DNA from: Clostridium fallax
Lineage (GTDB): Bacteria; Bacillota; Clostridia; Clostridiales; Clostridiaceae
NCBI RefSeq assembly: GCF_900129365.1
Contig: NZ_FQVM01000005.1
Span: 100,710 to 132,709, forward strand
Reading direction: 5' to 3'
DNA length: 32,000 bases
Shown in pieces: positions 1 to 9,800 of the stretch. Numbering within the stretch: the stretch's first letter is position 1; the number at the start of each line of letters is the position of its first letter. The notes beneath the pieces were generated by a model. It was given only the letters and a program-made list of their open reading frames with translations. It did not search any database and was not told where the DNA came from. The position numbers and the translations under genes are program-made.

Positions 1-429
1 TTCTTCCTTTTTTTCTTCTTTTTTCTCCTTCTTATTAGGAGCTAGTACTTCTCCGCTAGATATCTGCTCTAATGAGCTCATTATGTTATCAACATCTACT
101 CCCTCATCATTGCCTTCTGATATATTATCTACCATTTTTTCAAGTGTGTCTAGACAATCAAATAATGTTGTTACAACATTTTGAGTAACCTGTAATTCAC
201 CTTCTCTAAACTTAGATAAAACATCTTCCATTTTATGAGTTAGCTCTGCCATTTTACTATAACCCATTGTTGCAGCCATACCTTTTATTGTATGAGCCAC
301 TCTAAAAATTTCATTTAATTTATCAACATCATGAGGATTCTGTTCTAGTGTTAATAATGAATCATTTAAAGTTTGTAAATTTTCTATAGATTCCTCTAAA
401 AACATTGATAAATATTGAGATGTATCCAT
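1..429 (-). CDS. cheA: Chemotaxis histidine kinase CheA, N-terminal Hpt (P1) part only; the gene runs off the left edge
   Basis: Absent from the ORF track because there is no stop in the window. Reverse-strand translation from the ATG at 429-427 gives MDTSQYLSMFLEESIENLQTLNDSLLTLEQNPHDVDKLNEIFRVAHTIKGMAATMGYSKMAELTHKMEDVL..., with the phospho-acceptor His in the HTIKG motif. A GGAGGG Shine-Dalgarno lies at 436-441, overlapping the cheR stop. Sits directly downstream of cheR. Confidence 0.9.
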   Translation of the reverse strand, partial: MDTSQYLSMFLEESIENLQTLNDSLLTLEQNPHDVDKLNEIFRVAHTIKGMAATMGYSKMAELTHKMEDVLSKFREGELQVTQNVVTTLFDCLDTLEKMVDNISEGNDEGVDVDNIMSSLEQISSGEVLAPNKKEKKEEKKEE

Positions 430-440
430 TTATTTCCCTC

Positions 441-1211
441 CTACACTTTTTTATATATAAAGGTGGACGCTTTTTCCAGCCCATATTCTTTATAATTATA
501 AATACTTTCTGTGGCTCCTACAAAAAGCAAACCTCCCTTTTTAAGGGACTTTGTAAAATTACGGTAAATATTATCTTTTACATCACTATTAAAATATATA
601 ACCACATTTCTGCATATAATTATATCAAAATCACCTTCATATGAATTTAATATAAGATCGTGTTGTTTAAATTGCACCATTTTCTTTATAGAATCATCTA
701 TATAATACTTATCTCCTACTGTTTTAAAATACTTTTTTAAAGTTGAAGATAAAATATTTTTCATTTCTATATCTGTATAGATACCTTCTTTTGCTTTTTT
801 TAGTGCTGTTTTATCTATATCTGTTGCAATTATAGTATGTTCATATAAAGAAGCTCCTTGCTCTTTTAAAAACATAGCTACTGAATAAGGTTCACAACCT
901 ATGGAACATGCAGCACTCCATATTTTCATTTTTTTGTTTTTATCTAAAAATTCATCTTTAACTATTTTTTCAAACTGATTAAATATATCAGGATTTCTAT
1001 TAAATTCAGTAACATTTATAGTTATAAAGTCTAAAAATCTTTGTTTTATATTACTATCAGTTTTTATTTTAACTAAAAATTCATCTAAACTTTTTATACC
1101 TAATCTTCCCATCAAACTATCTATTCTTCTATGTAGTTGAGTAGGTTTATAGGCTGACAGATTTATTCCTAATTCCTTATAAATGCTTTTTTCAAAATCT
1201 TTTATATCCAT
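441..1211 (-). CDS. cheR: Chemotaxis protein methyltransferase CheR
   Basis: 256-aa ORF with an N-terminal helical CheR domain (YKPTQLHRRIDSLM) and a SAM-binding methyltransferase fold (KIWSAACSIGCEPYSVAM, DIIICRNVVIYF). Lies in the che operon. Confidence 0.92.
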   Translation of the reverse strand: MDIKDFEKSIYKELGINLSAYKPTQLHRRIDSLMGRLGIKSLDEFLVKIKTDSNIKQRFLDFITINVTEFNRNPDIFNQFEKIVKDEFLDKNKKMKIWSAACSIGCEPYSVAMFLKEQGASLYEHTIIATDIDKTALKKAKEGIYTDIEMKNILSSTLKKYFKTVGDKYYIDDSIKKMVQFKQHDLILNSYEGDFDIIICRNVVIYFNSDVKDNIYRNFTKSLKKGGLLFVGATESIYNYKEYGLEKASTFIYKKV

Positions 1212-1218
1212 ATTTAAT

Positions 1219-2280
1219 CTATCCTCTTCTTACTAGCTGGGCTAACCTTTTTCCTATTTCATTTAATGGTAAAACCTCATCTACTGCACCAGTTTCAAAA
1301 GTAGTTTTTGGCATTCCATATATTACACAAGTATCTTCATCTTGAGAAATTGTATATCCATTAAAGTTTTTTACCTCTACTGTACCAGATGCACCGTCTC
1401 TTCCCATACCAGTTAACACAACAGATATTAATTTATCACCATAAATTCTAGCTGCAGATTTAAAAAGTTTATCTGCTGCAGGTCTAACTCCCCATAAGGT
1501 AGGTTCTTTTGTTAGTATTATTCTATCCTTTGAACCTATTTCCATATGATATCCTCCCGGAGCTATATATACATGATTTTTTTCAATAATATCTTCGTGA
1601 ATTGCTTCCGTAACCTTTAATTTACAAGTTCTATTTAGTCTATCAGCAAAGGCCTTAGTAAAACCTTGTGGCATATGTTGAACAATAAAAATAGGTACAT
1701 CCATATTGCTTGGAAGACTTTCTATTACAGTATGTACAGCTTTTGGACCTCCTGTTGATGCGGCAATTACTATAGCCTTATATATATCATTACCTCTAAT
1801 ATTACTCCTATTTTCATCTCTTTTTAAAATGTTTCTATCCCTTGTAGTACCAACACTTTTTTCCAAAGTTTTGCTACCTGATAAGGAAATAGTTCTTATT
1901 TTATTTATTAAATCTAATTTTATTTTATCTATATCAAGAGAAATACTTCCTGATGGTTTTAAAATAAAATCTACTGCACCTTCTTGCAAGCACTCTAATG
2001 TTAATTTTGAATTATTTACAGTTACAGCACTAACCATTATTATTTTCTTATTTATACCTAATCTCTTCATTTCCCTTAATGTACTTAATCCATCCATTAT
2101 GGGCATTTCTACATCCAAAGTAATAACATCTGGGTCATATGTGCTAAGTTTCTTTATTAATTCTTCTCCATTACGAGCACTAGCAACTACCTCTAATTCG
2201 TCATCTGCTTTTATCATATCAGAAATCATTTTTCTCATAAAAGCGGAATCGTCTACTACCATAACTTTAACTTTTTTCAA
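1219..2280 (-). CDS. cheB: Protein-glutamate methylesterase/deamidase CheB (receiver plus methylesterase domains)
   Basis: Receiver domain (KVMVVDDSAFMRKMI, DVEMPIMDG) and methylesterase motifs (ASTGGP, HMPQGFT, GMGRDG). The longest ORF reaches 2319 from a TTG and overlaps cheD by 26 nt. I prefer the TTG at 2280-2278 (LKKVKVMVVDD), which sits 8 nt after a GGAG just past the cheD stop. The start is not certain. Confidence 0.9.
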   Translation of the reverse strand: MKKVKVMVVDDSAFMRKMISDMIKADDELEVVASARNGEELIKKLSTYDPDVITLDVEMPIMDGLSTLREMKRLGINKKIIMVSAVTVNNSKLTLECLQEGAVDFILKPSGSISLDIDKIKLDLINKIRTISLSGSKTLEKSVGTTRDRNILKRDENRSNIRGNDIYKAIVIAASTGGPKAVHTVIESLPSNMDVPIFIVQHMPQGFTKAFADRLNRTCKLKVTEAIHEDIIEKNHVYIAPGGYHMEIGSKDRIILTKEPTLWGVRPAADKLFKSAARIYGDKLISVVLTGMGRDGASGTVEVKNFNGYTISQDEDTCVIYGMPKTTFETGAVDEVLPLNEIGKRLAQLVRRG

Positions 2281-2293
2281 TATTATCACTCCA

Positions 2294-2779
2294 TTATAAT
2301 TCCTTAATTCCTTGACCAATTATTTTTAGAGTTACTTTTCCGTCGCTTGTATCTACAGTCATAGTTCTTCCTTTAACTCCACCTAAATCTGATGCTACTA
2401 TTGGTATATTTAATGCTTTTAAACTTTCTATTACAGCTTCACCATTTCTTTTTCCTATATCATTTATTATACTTTTATCAGAAAAATTAAACATCGAAGC
2501 ACCACCGGCAATTTTTGCTTTTAATCTTCTTTTATTACATCCTATCTTTATAAGCTTATCTACTAATATGGGTATTGCTAAGTCTGCAAATTTATAAGGA
2601 TTGGTAACTTCTTTAAATTGCTTAGAATTAGCTAACATTATATGTGCTAATCCAACAATTTTCTTCTCATAATCATATATAGCTATTCCTATACAGGAAC
2701 CTAACCCAATAGTCATAATTTTATCAGGGAAATAGGCTATATTTAAATCTGCTATACCTACTTTTATATAACTTTCCAT
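2294..2779 (-). CDS. cheD: Chemoreceptor glutamine deamidase CheD
   Basis: 161 aa with the CheD-family pattern (GLGSCIGIAIYD with the catalytic Cys, GLAHIMLA, KIAGGASMF). Lies between cheW and cheB. Confidence 0.9.
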   Translation of the reverse strand: MESYIKVGIADLNIAYFPDKIMTIGLGSCIGIAIYDYEKKIVGLAHIMLANSKQFKEVTNPYKFADLAIPILVDKLIKIGCNKRRLKAKIAGGASMFNFSDKSIINDIGKRNGEAVIESLKALNIPIVASDLGGVKGRTMTVDTSDGKVTLKIIGQGIKEL

Positions 2780-2789
2780 ACCCTACACC

Positions 2790-3233
2790 TTATGCCATTT
2801 TTTCTTTTTCATCTTCAGTTAATACCTTTGATAGATCTAACCATATTACTATTTTATCTTCTAATCTTATTAATCCTTTTATATATCTTGTTGATATAGA
2901 ACTTCCTACTGTTGGAGGTACCTCTATATCATCTAGATTAATATCAGTAACTTCGCATACATTATCCACAGTTACACCTAATTTAACATCATCATCTTTA
3001 ATAACTATAATCTTACTGTCAGATGATATTTGGCTTTCAAAATTAAATTTTCTAGATAAACTTATTATTGGTAATATATTATTTTCATAATTTATTACTC
3101 CTTCTAAAAAATTAGGTACCTCAGGTAATACTGTTGGCTCTTCATAACCTAAAATTCTTTCAACTTGAATTATATCAGTTGCATAATACTCATTATTCAA
3201 GCTAAATATTAATATCTTTGCTTCTTTACTCAC
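2790..3233 (-). CDS. cheW: Chemotaxis coupling protein CheW
   Basis: Single CheW domain (ILIFSLNNEYYATDIIQVERIL, GVINYENNILPIISL). The track ORF starts at a GTG at 3242 that overlaps the GGGAG SD. A GTG at 3233 (MSKEAKILIF) lies 8 nt after that SD and is the more likely start. Confidence 0.88.
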   Translation of the reverse strand: MSKEAKILIFSLNNEYYATDIIQVERILGYEEPTVLPEVPNFLEGVINYENNILPIISLSRKFNFESQISSDSKIIVIKDDDVKLGVTVDNVCEVTDINLDDIEVPPTVGSSISTRYIKGLIRLEDKIVIWLDLSKVLTEDEKEKMA

Positions 3234-3246
3234 ACCATACACTCCC

Positions 3247-5154
3247 TTATAATTTAAACTTGTCTAAAACAATTTCACCACTATTGTCTAGATAAACTTC
3301 TATTTTTTTAGATGGTTCATCTAAAATACATTCTCTTTCTCCTACTACAAATTTAGTATTAGCATAAGCTTTTTCAACCCAAATATGTCCTTTTTTTCCT
3401 ACCTTAAGAGTTGTCTTTACCTGTCCAGTACTACCTACAATTTGACATTTAATCTCCTTTTCAGCAGATAGTATTCCTCCCCTTGCTACGCTTTCAGGAT
3501 TTATGAAATATATGGAATTTCTTGCTAATAATTCTGATGTATACATTCCTTTTCCATTTATAATAATTGAATTTGAAGAAATAATTGTTGAATCTTGCAC
3601 ATAATTTAATTGTACATTAACCTCAAGATCAATATTTTTTTCTAATTCTTGTATTTTAGAATATATCTTATTAATAATTTCGTTCAATTCACTATAATGC
3701 TTTATGGAAATAGGAGCTAAACCTATTAATTTCTTTTTTATTAAATTAATAATATCTTCAAATTTACCTTTTTCTATAACATTAAAATTAATTAGCTTTA
3801 TATAATATTTATTTACATTCTTAAATTTGTTCTCTAATAAAACTTTTATTATTTCTCCATCGGTTCTGTTTTGTCCAAGCAAACTATGATTTTTTATCTC
3901 TTCTACAGTTTCAATAAGACTCTTAATATTATTAGAGAATTTTCTTAAAACATCTATTTGCATAGATTTTCTAGCTTCTTTTCCACCAGCTTCTATATTT
4001 GAATTTAAAACATTTCCCTTTATAAAAATATCTCCTTTTGAAGTTATTTTAGCTGAGTCTATTCCTCCTTCTACAGATACATATCCTCCGGCATTTACTT
4101 CCATTCCTTCGCTGATGCTTCCTTTAATATCTATACCACCAATAAAATCAACATTACCTGTCTTCATATCTACATTAGAATTTACTTCGTAAACTTCTTC
4201 TACATAAAAACCATTATTTTTAAAATAAGGACGTCCTTTTTTAAGTGAAACAACTCTATTATCTTTAACTATACATCCTTTTAAAGCTATTAAACTTTTC
4301 TTTACCGCTTTTTTGTGAGGCAAAACCTTTCCAAAAATGTTCATTCCATCTTGACCATCTTGTCCTAATATTTTTTCTCCAATTATTTGCCCTACTTGAA
4401 CGTTATTTATATTATTTCTTTTCCTAAAATCTATTTTTTCGTTTATATCAAAATTATCTCCAGTATTGTATAAAATGTTTATTTTATCGTTTATGCCGTC
4501 TATTTTTTCTTCGCCTTCTGCGATTAAAATTCTTTTAGACTCTTTAGCACTTATAAGTTCATCTATATTTTCTTCTTTTATTCCATATATTATCTTTTGA
4601 TCATTTAAAAAATTAATTATTTCATCCTTAGTAAAAGCAGGTGGACACTCCTCTTTTGAAATCTCTGTTTCTATTTTTAATTCTTTTGAAAAGGATTTAT
4701 CTTTTAACCTATAAGTAACCTTAGGAACATATCTTATTTCACCATAAGCTTTTATATTATTTTCATCTGTATCTATTGAAAAATTTCTTTTAGCTTCTAT
4801 TTCTTCACAAGATACTGTTATTTGATCTTCTCCAGTTACATAAACCTTTTCTTCTTCTTTTATTATTTTTCCATTAACTATTAATATAACCTTTGATGTT
4901 GGAATTAAAGCTGCTTTTTGTCCTCCAAATAGTGGACTTTTAATATTTATTTTTCCATTTATAATCTCAGCTTCTCCATTTAGTTTATCAGCTTTTTCTT
5001 TATCTATTGAAAATTCTGCCTTAACCTTTTTCTTAAAAATACCTTTATTTTCCAGTACTTTGTAATTAATAACTTCCTTTGGTAAATTAAATTCTTTTAC
5101 CGCTTGTTCAATACATTCTTCTATGTTATGTCCTTCATAAATAACCCTATCCAT
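3247..5154 (-). CDS. DUF342 / FapA-like (flagellar assembly protein A family) protein, first gene of the che operon
   Basis: About 635 aa. Central glycine-rich beta-helix-like repeats (GGIDIKGSISEGMEVNAGGYVSVEGGIDSAKITSKGDIFIKGNVLNSNIEAGG) and a C-terminal coiled-coil segment are typical of DUF342 proteins, recognised from memory. The ORF extends to 5160, but that ATG is only 2 nt after AGGAG. The second ATG at 5154 has 8-nt spacing. Confidence 0.75.
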   Translation of the reverse strand: MDRVIYEGHNIEECIEQAVKEFNLPKEVINYKVLENKGIFKKKVKAEFSIDKEKADKLNGEAEIINGKINIKSPLFGGQKAALIPTSKVILIVNGKIIKEEEKVYVTGEDQITVSCEEIEAKRNFSIDTDENNIKAYGEIRYVPKVTYRLKDKSFSKELKIETEISKEECPPAFTKDEIINFLNDQKIIYGIKEENIDELISAKESKRILIAEGEEKIDGINDKINILYNTGDNFDINEKIDFRKRNNINNVQVGQIIGEKILGQDGQDGMNIFGKVLPHKKAVKKSLIALKGCIVKDNRVVSLKKGRPYFKNNGFYVEEVYEVNSNVDMKTGNVDFIGGIDIKGSISEGMEVNAGGYVSVEGGIDSAKITSKGDIFIKGNVLNSNIEAGGKEARKSMQIDVLRKFSNNIKSLIETVEEIKNHSLLGQNRTDGEIIKVLLENKFKNVNKYYIKLINFNVIEKGKFEDIINLIKKKLIGLAPISIKHYSELNEIINKIYSKIQELEKNIDLEVNVQLNYVQDSTIISSNSIIINGKGMYTSELLARNSIYFINPESVARGGILSAEKEIKCQIVGSTGQVKTTLKVGKKGHIWVEKAYANTKFVVGERECILDEPSKKIEVYLDNSGEIVLDKFKL

Positions 5155-5211
5155 TTTCATTTCTCCTAAGCTTAATAATAATTATCTTTTTTAAATTATA
5201 TCTTTTTATTT

Positions 5212-5238
5212 TTATCGTTTATTTCATGGAAATTCTTA
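5212..5238 (-). promoter_or_regulatory. Candidate sigma-D (sigma-28, FliA-type) promoter of the che operon
   Basis: The minus strand reads TAAG-N15-AACGATAA against the Bacillus/Clostridium sigma-D consensus TAAA-N15-GCCGATAT. It lies about 50 nt upstream of the DUF342 start. The same CGATAA core at the same spacing recurs upstream of the MCP gene (28847-28873). CG dinucleotides are rare in these intergenic regions. Confidence 0.45.
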
Positions 5239-5337
5239 ATATTATTTCTAAAAATAATAACTTTTAGTTAATTTTTTATAAACATTAAGAAAAATTTTTT
5301 ACATTATTTAAATTTAAAATTAAATATTTACAATAAA

Positions 5338-5982
5338 TTAATTCCATTTTAAAATTTTAATCAAATTATTTTTTCCTCTATAATTTATAAGATAGGGATG
5401 GCCTACTAAATCAAAAAGCGGTTTGTCTGAAAGGGAGTCTGAAAACATATATGAATCTTTAAAATCAACTTTTATATTTTCTTTTTTTAATTCTTCCATA
5501 AGTCTTCTAACTTTCTCTTTACCCTTACAATTTTCTCCATCTATTTTTCTTAAAAAAACTTTATTATCATTGAATCTAAATTTCGTTCCTATTACTTTAT
5601 CAACTTCTTTTATATTGTAAAGTTCTTTTAAATAAAACTCTGGAGACGCTGAAATTAGATATATCTTATATCCTTCAGATTTTAATTTTTTTATCATATC
5701 TACTCCATCTTTATAAAAAATTTTACTTAAAACTTTCTCATAATAGTCTTTAACTATTTCCTTAAGTTTATCTTCATCTATTTTATCTATAAACTTTAAA
5801 AAAGTTTCTTTAGTTTTTCTTTCATCAAAAATTTTTAATATAAACATAATTCCTGAAAAAGCAGCCCTAGGTAAGAACCTTATATTTTTTATATCTTTTC
5901 TTATCATAAATTTATAAAATTCCATAAGAGTTTCCTTTTTAGTTAAGGTAAAATCCACATCAAATATAGCTAATTTTTCCAT
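5338..5982 (-). CDS. HAD-superfamily hydrolase, subfamily IB (phosphoserine-phosphatase-like)
   Basis: 214 aa with HAD motif I DVDFT (DxDxT), motif II LISASP, and motif IV SDSLSD. The SD AAAGGAG lies upstream. Confidence 0.8.
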   Translation of the reverse strand: MEKLAIFDVDFTLTKKETLMEFYKFMIRKDIKNIRFLPRAAFSGIMFILKIFDERKTKETFLKFIDKIDEDKLKEIVKDYYEKVLSKIFYKDGVDMIKKLKSEGYKIYLISASPEFYLKELYNIKEVDKVIGTKFRFNDNKVFLRKIDGENCKGKEKVRRLMEELKKENIKVDFKDSYMFSDSLSDKPLFDLVGHPYLINYRGKNNLIKILKWN

Positions 5983-6060
5983 TTAATTTTTTTCTCCTTT
6001 TTACATCACTTTTATTTTAAAAATACATTTTAAATTTTTACTAAATAATTTTTTCTTTTA

Positions 6061-6098
6061 ATAAATAAAAGGGTATCTGATTTAAATCAAATACCCTT
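6061..6098 (-). terminator. Rho-independent terminator of the DUF1292 gene
   Basis: 15-bp inverted repeat AAGGGTATCTGATTT/AAATCAAATACCCTT at 6069-6098. The single mismatch becomes a G-U pair on the minus-strand RNA. It is followed on the minus strand by TTTTATTTAT. Confidence 0.8.
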
Positions 6099-6120
6099 AA
6101 ATTTGTATACTAAAATTTTA

Positions 6121-6516
6121 TTACTCTGATAGTTGTTCCTCGTAATATTTAGTTACAGCTTGGAACTCTTCATCATCTGGAACAGCAAGACTTCCTTCTT
6201 CTCCTTCTGATCTGAATAAGTATACAGAACCATCTTGAGGATTTTGAACTAAAACATATTCTAATTCATTATACTCAAAAGCATCTATTACTTCACAGCT
6301 AACTATATTTCCATCTTCATCTTCTAAATCTACTACAAAAGTTTCATATTCATGGTCTCCGCAACCACATCCACATTCATGATCGTCATGAGAATGTTCT
6401 CCACATCCGCATCCACAGCTATGATCTTCGTGATTATGTTCTCCACATCCGCAAGTATTTTCGCCTTCATGATCTCCACAACCACAACCACATTTATTTA
6501 AATCTTTATCTGACAT
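6121..6516 (-). CDS. DUF1292-family acidic protein with an N-terminal Cys/His-rich CGCGCG-(D/E)H repeat extension
   Basis: The C-terminal half (FVVDLEDEDGNIVSCEVIDAFEYNELEYVLVQNPQDGSVYLFRSEGEEGSLAVPDDEEFQAV) matches the DUF1292 pattern from memory. The N-terminal ~50 aa hold 11 Cys and 8 His in four repeats. The track ORF starts at 6531. The ATG at 6516 (MSDKDL) has a GGAG 5 nt upstream, whereas the 6531 ATG lies 24 nt after GGAGG. Confidence 0.8.
   Translation of the reverse strand: MSDKDLNKCGCGCGDHEGENTCGCGEHNHEDHSCGCGCGEHSHDDHECGCGCGDHEYETFVVDLEDEDGNIVSCEVIDAFEYNELEYVLVQNPQDGSVYLFRSEGEEGSLAVPDDEEFQAVTKYYEEQLSE
6352..6492 (-). repeat. In-frame tandem coding repeats (four copies) encoding C-G-C-G-(C-G)-[DE]-H-x-[HE]-[ED]-[DN]-[HT]
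   Basis: On the plus strand, CTCCACATCCGCATCCACA-like units recur at about 6357, 6399, 6441 and 6474. The translation is KCGCGCGDHEGENT / CGCGEHNHEDHS / CGCGCGEHSHDDHE / CGCGCGDHEYE. Confidence 0.85.
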
Positions 6517-6780
6517 ATAATCTCCACACATTTTACAATGTAATGTGAGGATTCACCTCCCTTAATAAAATTTAGTTATGTATTAATTGTAACCTTAATT
6601 CCATAATATTAAAAGGTTTTTTTATTAAATATTAAATACTTTTTTTAAATATATTAAATATAAGTACAAAATATCAGTACTACATAAATAAAGCATTATA
6701 ATTTAGAAAATATACAAAAAAATAACTTAATAAAAAAATTATAAAAATAATATAAATATGAGTTCTACTTTTACTATTTT

Positions 6781-6820
6781 ATAAAATATAAAAGGCTGAA
6801 TATCATATGATATTCAGCCT
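6781..6820 (-). terminator. Rho-independent terminator of the flavodoxin-PFOR unit
   Basis: Perfect 28-nt palindrome AGGCTGAATATCAT|ATGATATTCAGCCT at 6793-6820, 23 nt after the PFOR stop. It is followed on the minus strand by TTTTATATTTTAT. Confidence 0.9.
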
Positions 6821-6842
6821 AAATATACAATCTAAATTAAGA

Positions 6843-9800
6843 TTATTGATTAGCTAACTTCTTGTAGTTTTCTAATCTTTCCATTGCATCCTTATGAGTC
6901 TTTTCAAATAAAGCCTCAGCAGCTTCTGGGAATGCCTTAGCAAGTGAAGCATATCTAACTTCTCCCATTAAGAATTCTCTGAAGTCTCCCTTAGGTTCTT
7001 TTGAATCTAATGAGAATGGGTTCTTTCCAGCATCTTTAAGTTCTGGATTAAATCTATACATTGCCCAGTATCCACATTCAACAGCATTCTTAGCTTCTAA
7101 TTGAGTTTTACCCATTCCAGCTTTAATTCCGTGGTTGATACATGGAGCGTAAGCTATAATTAATGATGGTCCTTTGTAAGCTTCTGCTTCTGCTATAGCT
7201 TTAAGAGTTTGGTTCTTATCTGCACCCATTGAAATTTGAGCAACATATACATAACCATAGCTCATAGCCATCATTCCAAGGTCTTTCTTCTTAGTTCTCT
7301 TACCACTTGCAGCAAATTTAGCTATTGCAGCAGTTGGAGTAGATTTAGAAGCTTGACCACCAGTATTTGAGTAAACTTCTGTATCAAATACAAATATGTT
7401 TACATCTTCTCCTGATGCAAGAACATGGTCAACACCGCCGTATCCGATGTCGTAAGCCCAACCGTCTCCACCGAAGATCCATTGTGATCTCTTAACTAAG
7501 TAATCTTTATCCTTTAAGATTTCCTTAGCTAATTCATTGTTTTCTTTTTCTAGTGCAGCAACTAATTTATCTGCTCTATCTCTAGTTCCTTCACCATTGT
7601 TCATATTTTCTAACCAATCATTTAAAGCAACCTTAGTTTCTTCTGATACACCTGATTCTAAAGCTCTCTTAGCAGTTTCAGCTATTCTATCTCTTACAGC
7701 TTTAACTCCTAAGAACATACCTAAACCATACTCAGCATTATCTTCAAATAATGAGTTAGCCCAAGCTGGACCATATCCTTTATGGTTCTTAGTGTATGGA
7801 GTTGAAGGTGCTGATCCACCCCAGATTGATGAACATCCAGTAGCATTAGCTATCATCATTCTGTCACCAAATAATTGAGTTATAAGTTTTGCATATGGAG
7901 TTTCTCCACATCCAGCACAAGCACCTGAGAACTCAAATAATGGTTTTTCAAATTGGCTACCTTTAACTGTTTTCTTATTCATTGGGTTAGCTTTTGGTGA
8001 AACTTCGTCTATAGCATAATCCCAAGGTTTTATTTGATCGTGTTGAGTTTCTTGTAACTTCATAACTAAAGCTTTGTTTGGAGCTGGACATACTTGAACA
8101 CAGTTTCCACAACCAGCACAATCAAGTGGGCTTACAGCTATACTGAAGAATAATGGTTCTTCTGATTTTATACCCTTAGCTGGAACAGCCTTAGTTCCTT
8201 CAGGAGCATTATTCTTTTCTGCTTCGTTGTATAATACTGGTCTTATTGTAGCATGTGGACAAACAAATGAACATTGGTTACATTGAATACAGTTTTCTGA
8301 TATCCATTCTGGAACCTTTATAGCTATACCTCTTTTTTCGTAAGCAGCTGTTCCATTTTCAAATGTACCATCTTCCATTCCAACGAAAGTACTTACAGGA
8401 AGTTTATCTCCTTCTTGTCTGTTCATTGGTTCAACTATCTTAGTTATGAATTCTGGTTTATCGCAGTTGCATTCTTTAGCTTCATCTTTTGCATTAGCCC
8501 ATGCAGCTGGAACTTTTATCTCAACGATTGATTCTATTCCCTTATCTATAGCTGCGTGGTTCATGTCAACAACGTTTTGACCTTTTTTACCGTATGATTT
8601 AACAACAGCATCTTTTAAGTACTTAGCAGCATCTTCTATTGGAATGATGTTAGCTAATTTAAAGAATGCAGCTTGCATTATCATGTTGATTCTTCCACCT
8701 AGTCCAATTTCAGAAGCTATCTTAACAGCATTTAAAGTATAGAACTTAATGTTATTTTCAGCTATAAACTTCTTATATGATGCTGGTAATTTTTCTTCTA
8801 TTTCTTCTGGTGTCCATAATGTATTTAATAAGAATGTACCATTCTTCTTTAATCCTTCTAATACATTATACTTATAAACATATGATTGATTATGACAAGC
8901 AACGAAATCAGCTTTGTTTATTAAGTAAGGTGATTTAATTGGCTTCTTACCAAATCTTAAGTGAGAAACTGTTATTCCACCTGATTTCTTTGAGTCATAT
9001 GCAAAATAACCTTGAGCATACATATCAGTATGGTCTCCGATTATCTTTATAGCACTCTTGTTTGCTCCAACAGTACCGTCTGATCCTAATCCCCAGAACT
9101 TACAAGCTTTAGTTCCTTCTGGTGTAGTATCAACGTCTTCTTTAACTTCTGGAAGTGATGTATTTGTAACATCATCAACAATTGCTATAGTAAATCCATT
9201 CTTAGGATTACTTTCTTTTAAGTTATTGTATACACTTATTAAGTGAGTTGGAAGTGTGTCTTTTGAACCTAATCCGTATCTTCCGCCTACTATAACTGGT
9301 TGTTCTTCTGATCCGTAGAATGCATTTTGTACATCTAAGAATAGAGGTTCTCCAGCTGAACCTGGTTCTTTAGTTCTATCTAAAACTGCTATTCTCTTAG
9401 CAGTTGCAGGTATTGCTTTCTTTAATAATTCATTTGAGAAAGGTCTGAATAGTCTTACTTTAACGACACCAACTTTTTCTCCCTTAGCATTTAAGTAATC
9501 AACAGTTTCTTCTAAAGCATCTGTTATTGAACCCATTGCTATAACAACTCTATCAGCATCTTTTGCTCCATAGTAGTCGAAACAGTGATATTCTCTTCCA
9601 GTTAATTTAGTTATTTCAGCCATGTAGCTTTCAACCATTGCTGGAACTGCTTCATAATACTTATTAACAACTTCTCTTTCTTGGAAGTATATATCAGGAT
9701 TTTGAGCAGTACCCCTAGTTACTGGGTGATCTGGGTTTAAAGCTCTTCTTCTGAATGCTTCAACTGCATCCATATCTACTAATTTAGCTAATTCATCATA

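Noticed and set aside
1706-2299. Antisense or alternative-frame ORFs nested in longer genes. Examples: 405-644, 1706-2299, 5423-5620, 7537-7878, 9058-9246, 10054-10336, 10643-10873, 11312-12013, 14189-14374, 14765-15010, 21006-21362, 21553-21744, 27011-27583, 27887-28294 and 28613-28864.
   Set aside because: All lie fully inside well-supported genes on the other strand or frame. They have low-complexity Ser/Leu/Phe/Ile-rich translations, lack SD sequences, and match no family I recognise.
2281-2319. An apparent 26-nt cheD/cheB overlap, and similar 5' extensions of track ORFs at cheW 3242, DUF342 5160, DUF1292 6531, murG 12402, parE 22495 and aspA 30800.
   Set aside because: These are artefacts of longest-ORF calling from GTG or TTG codons. 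In each case the extended start lies inside or too close to the SD, and a downstream start has proper 5-9 nt spacing.
2962-2970. A perfect DnaA box, TTATCCACA.
   Set aside because: It is a single isolated copy inside the cheW coding sequence, with no cluster and no AT-rich unwinding element. This is compatible with chance.
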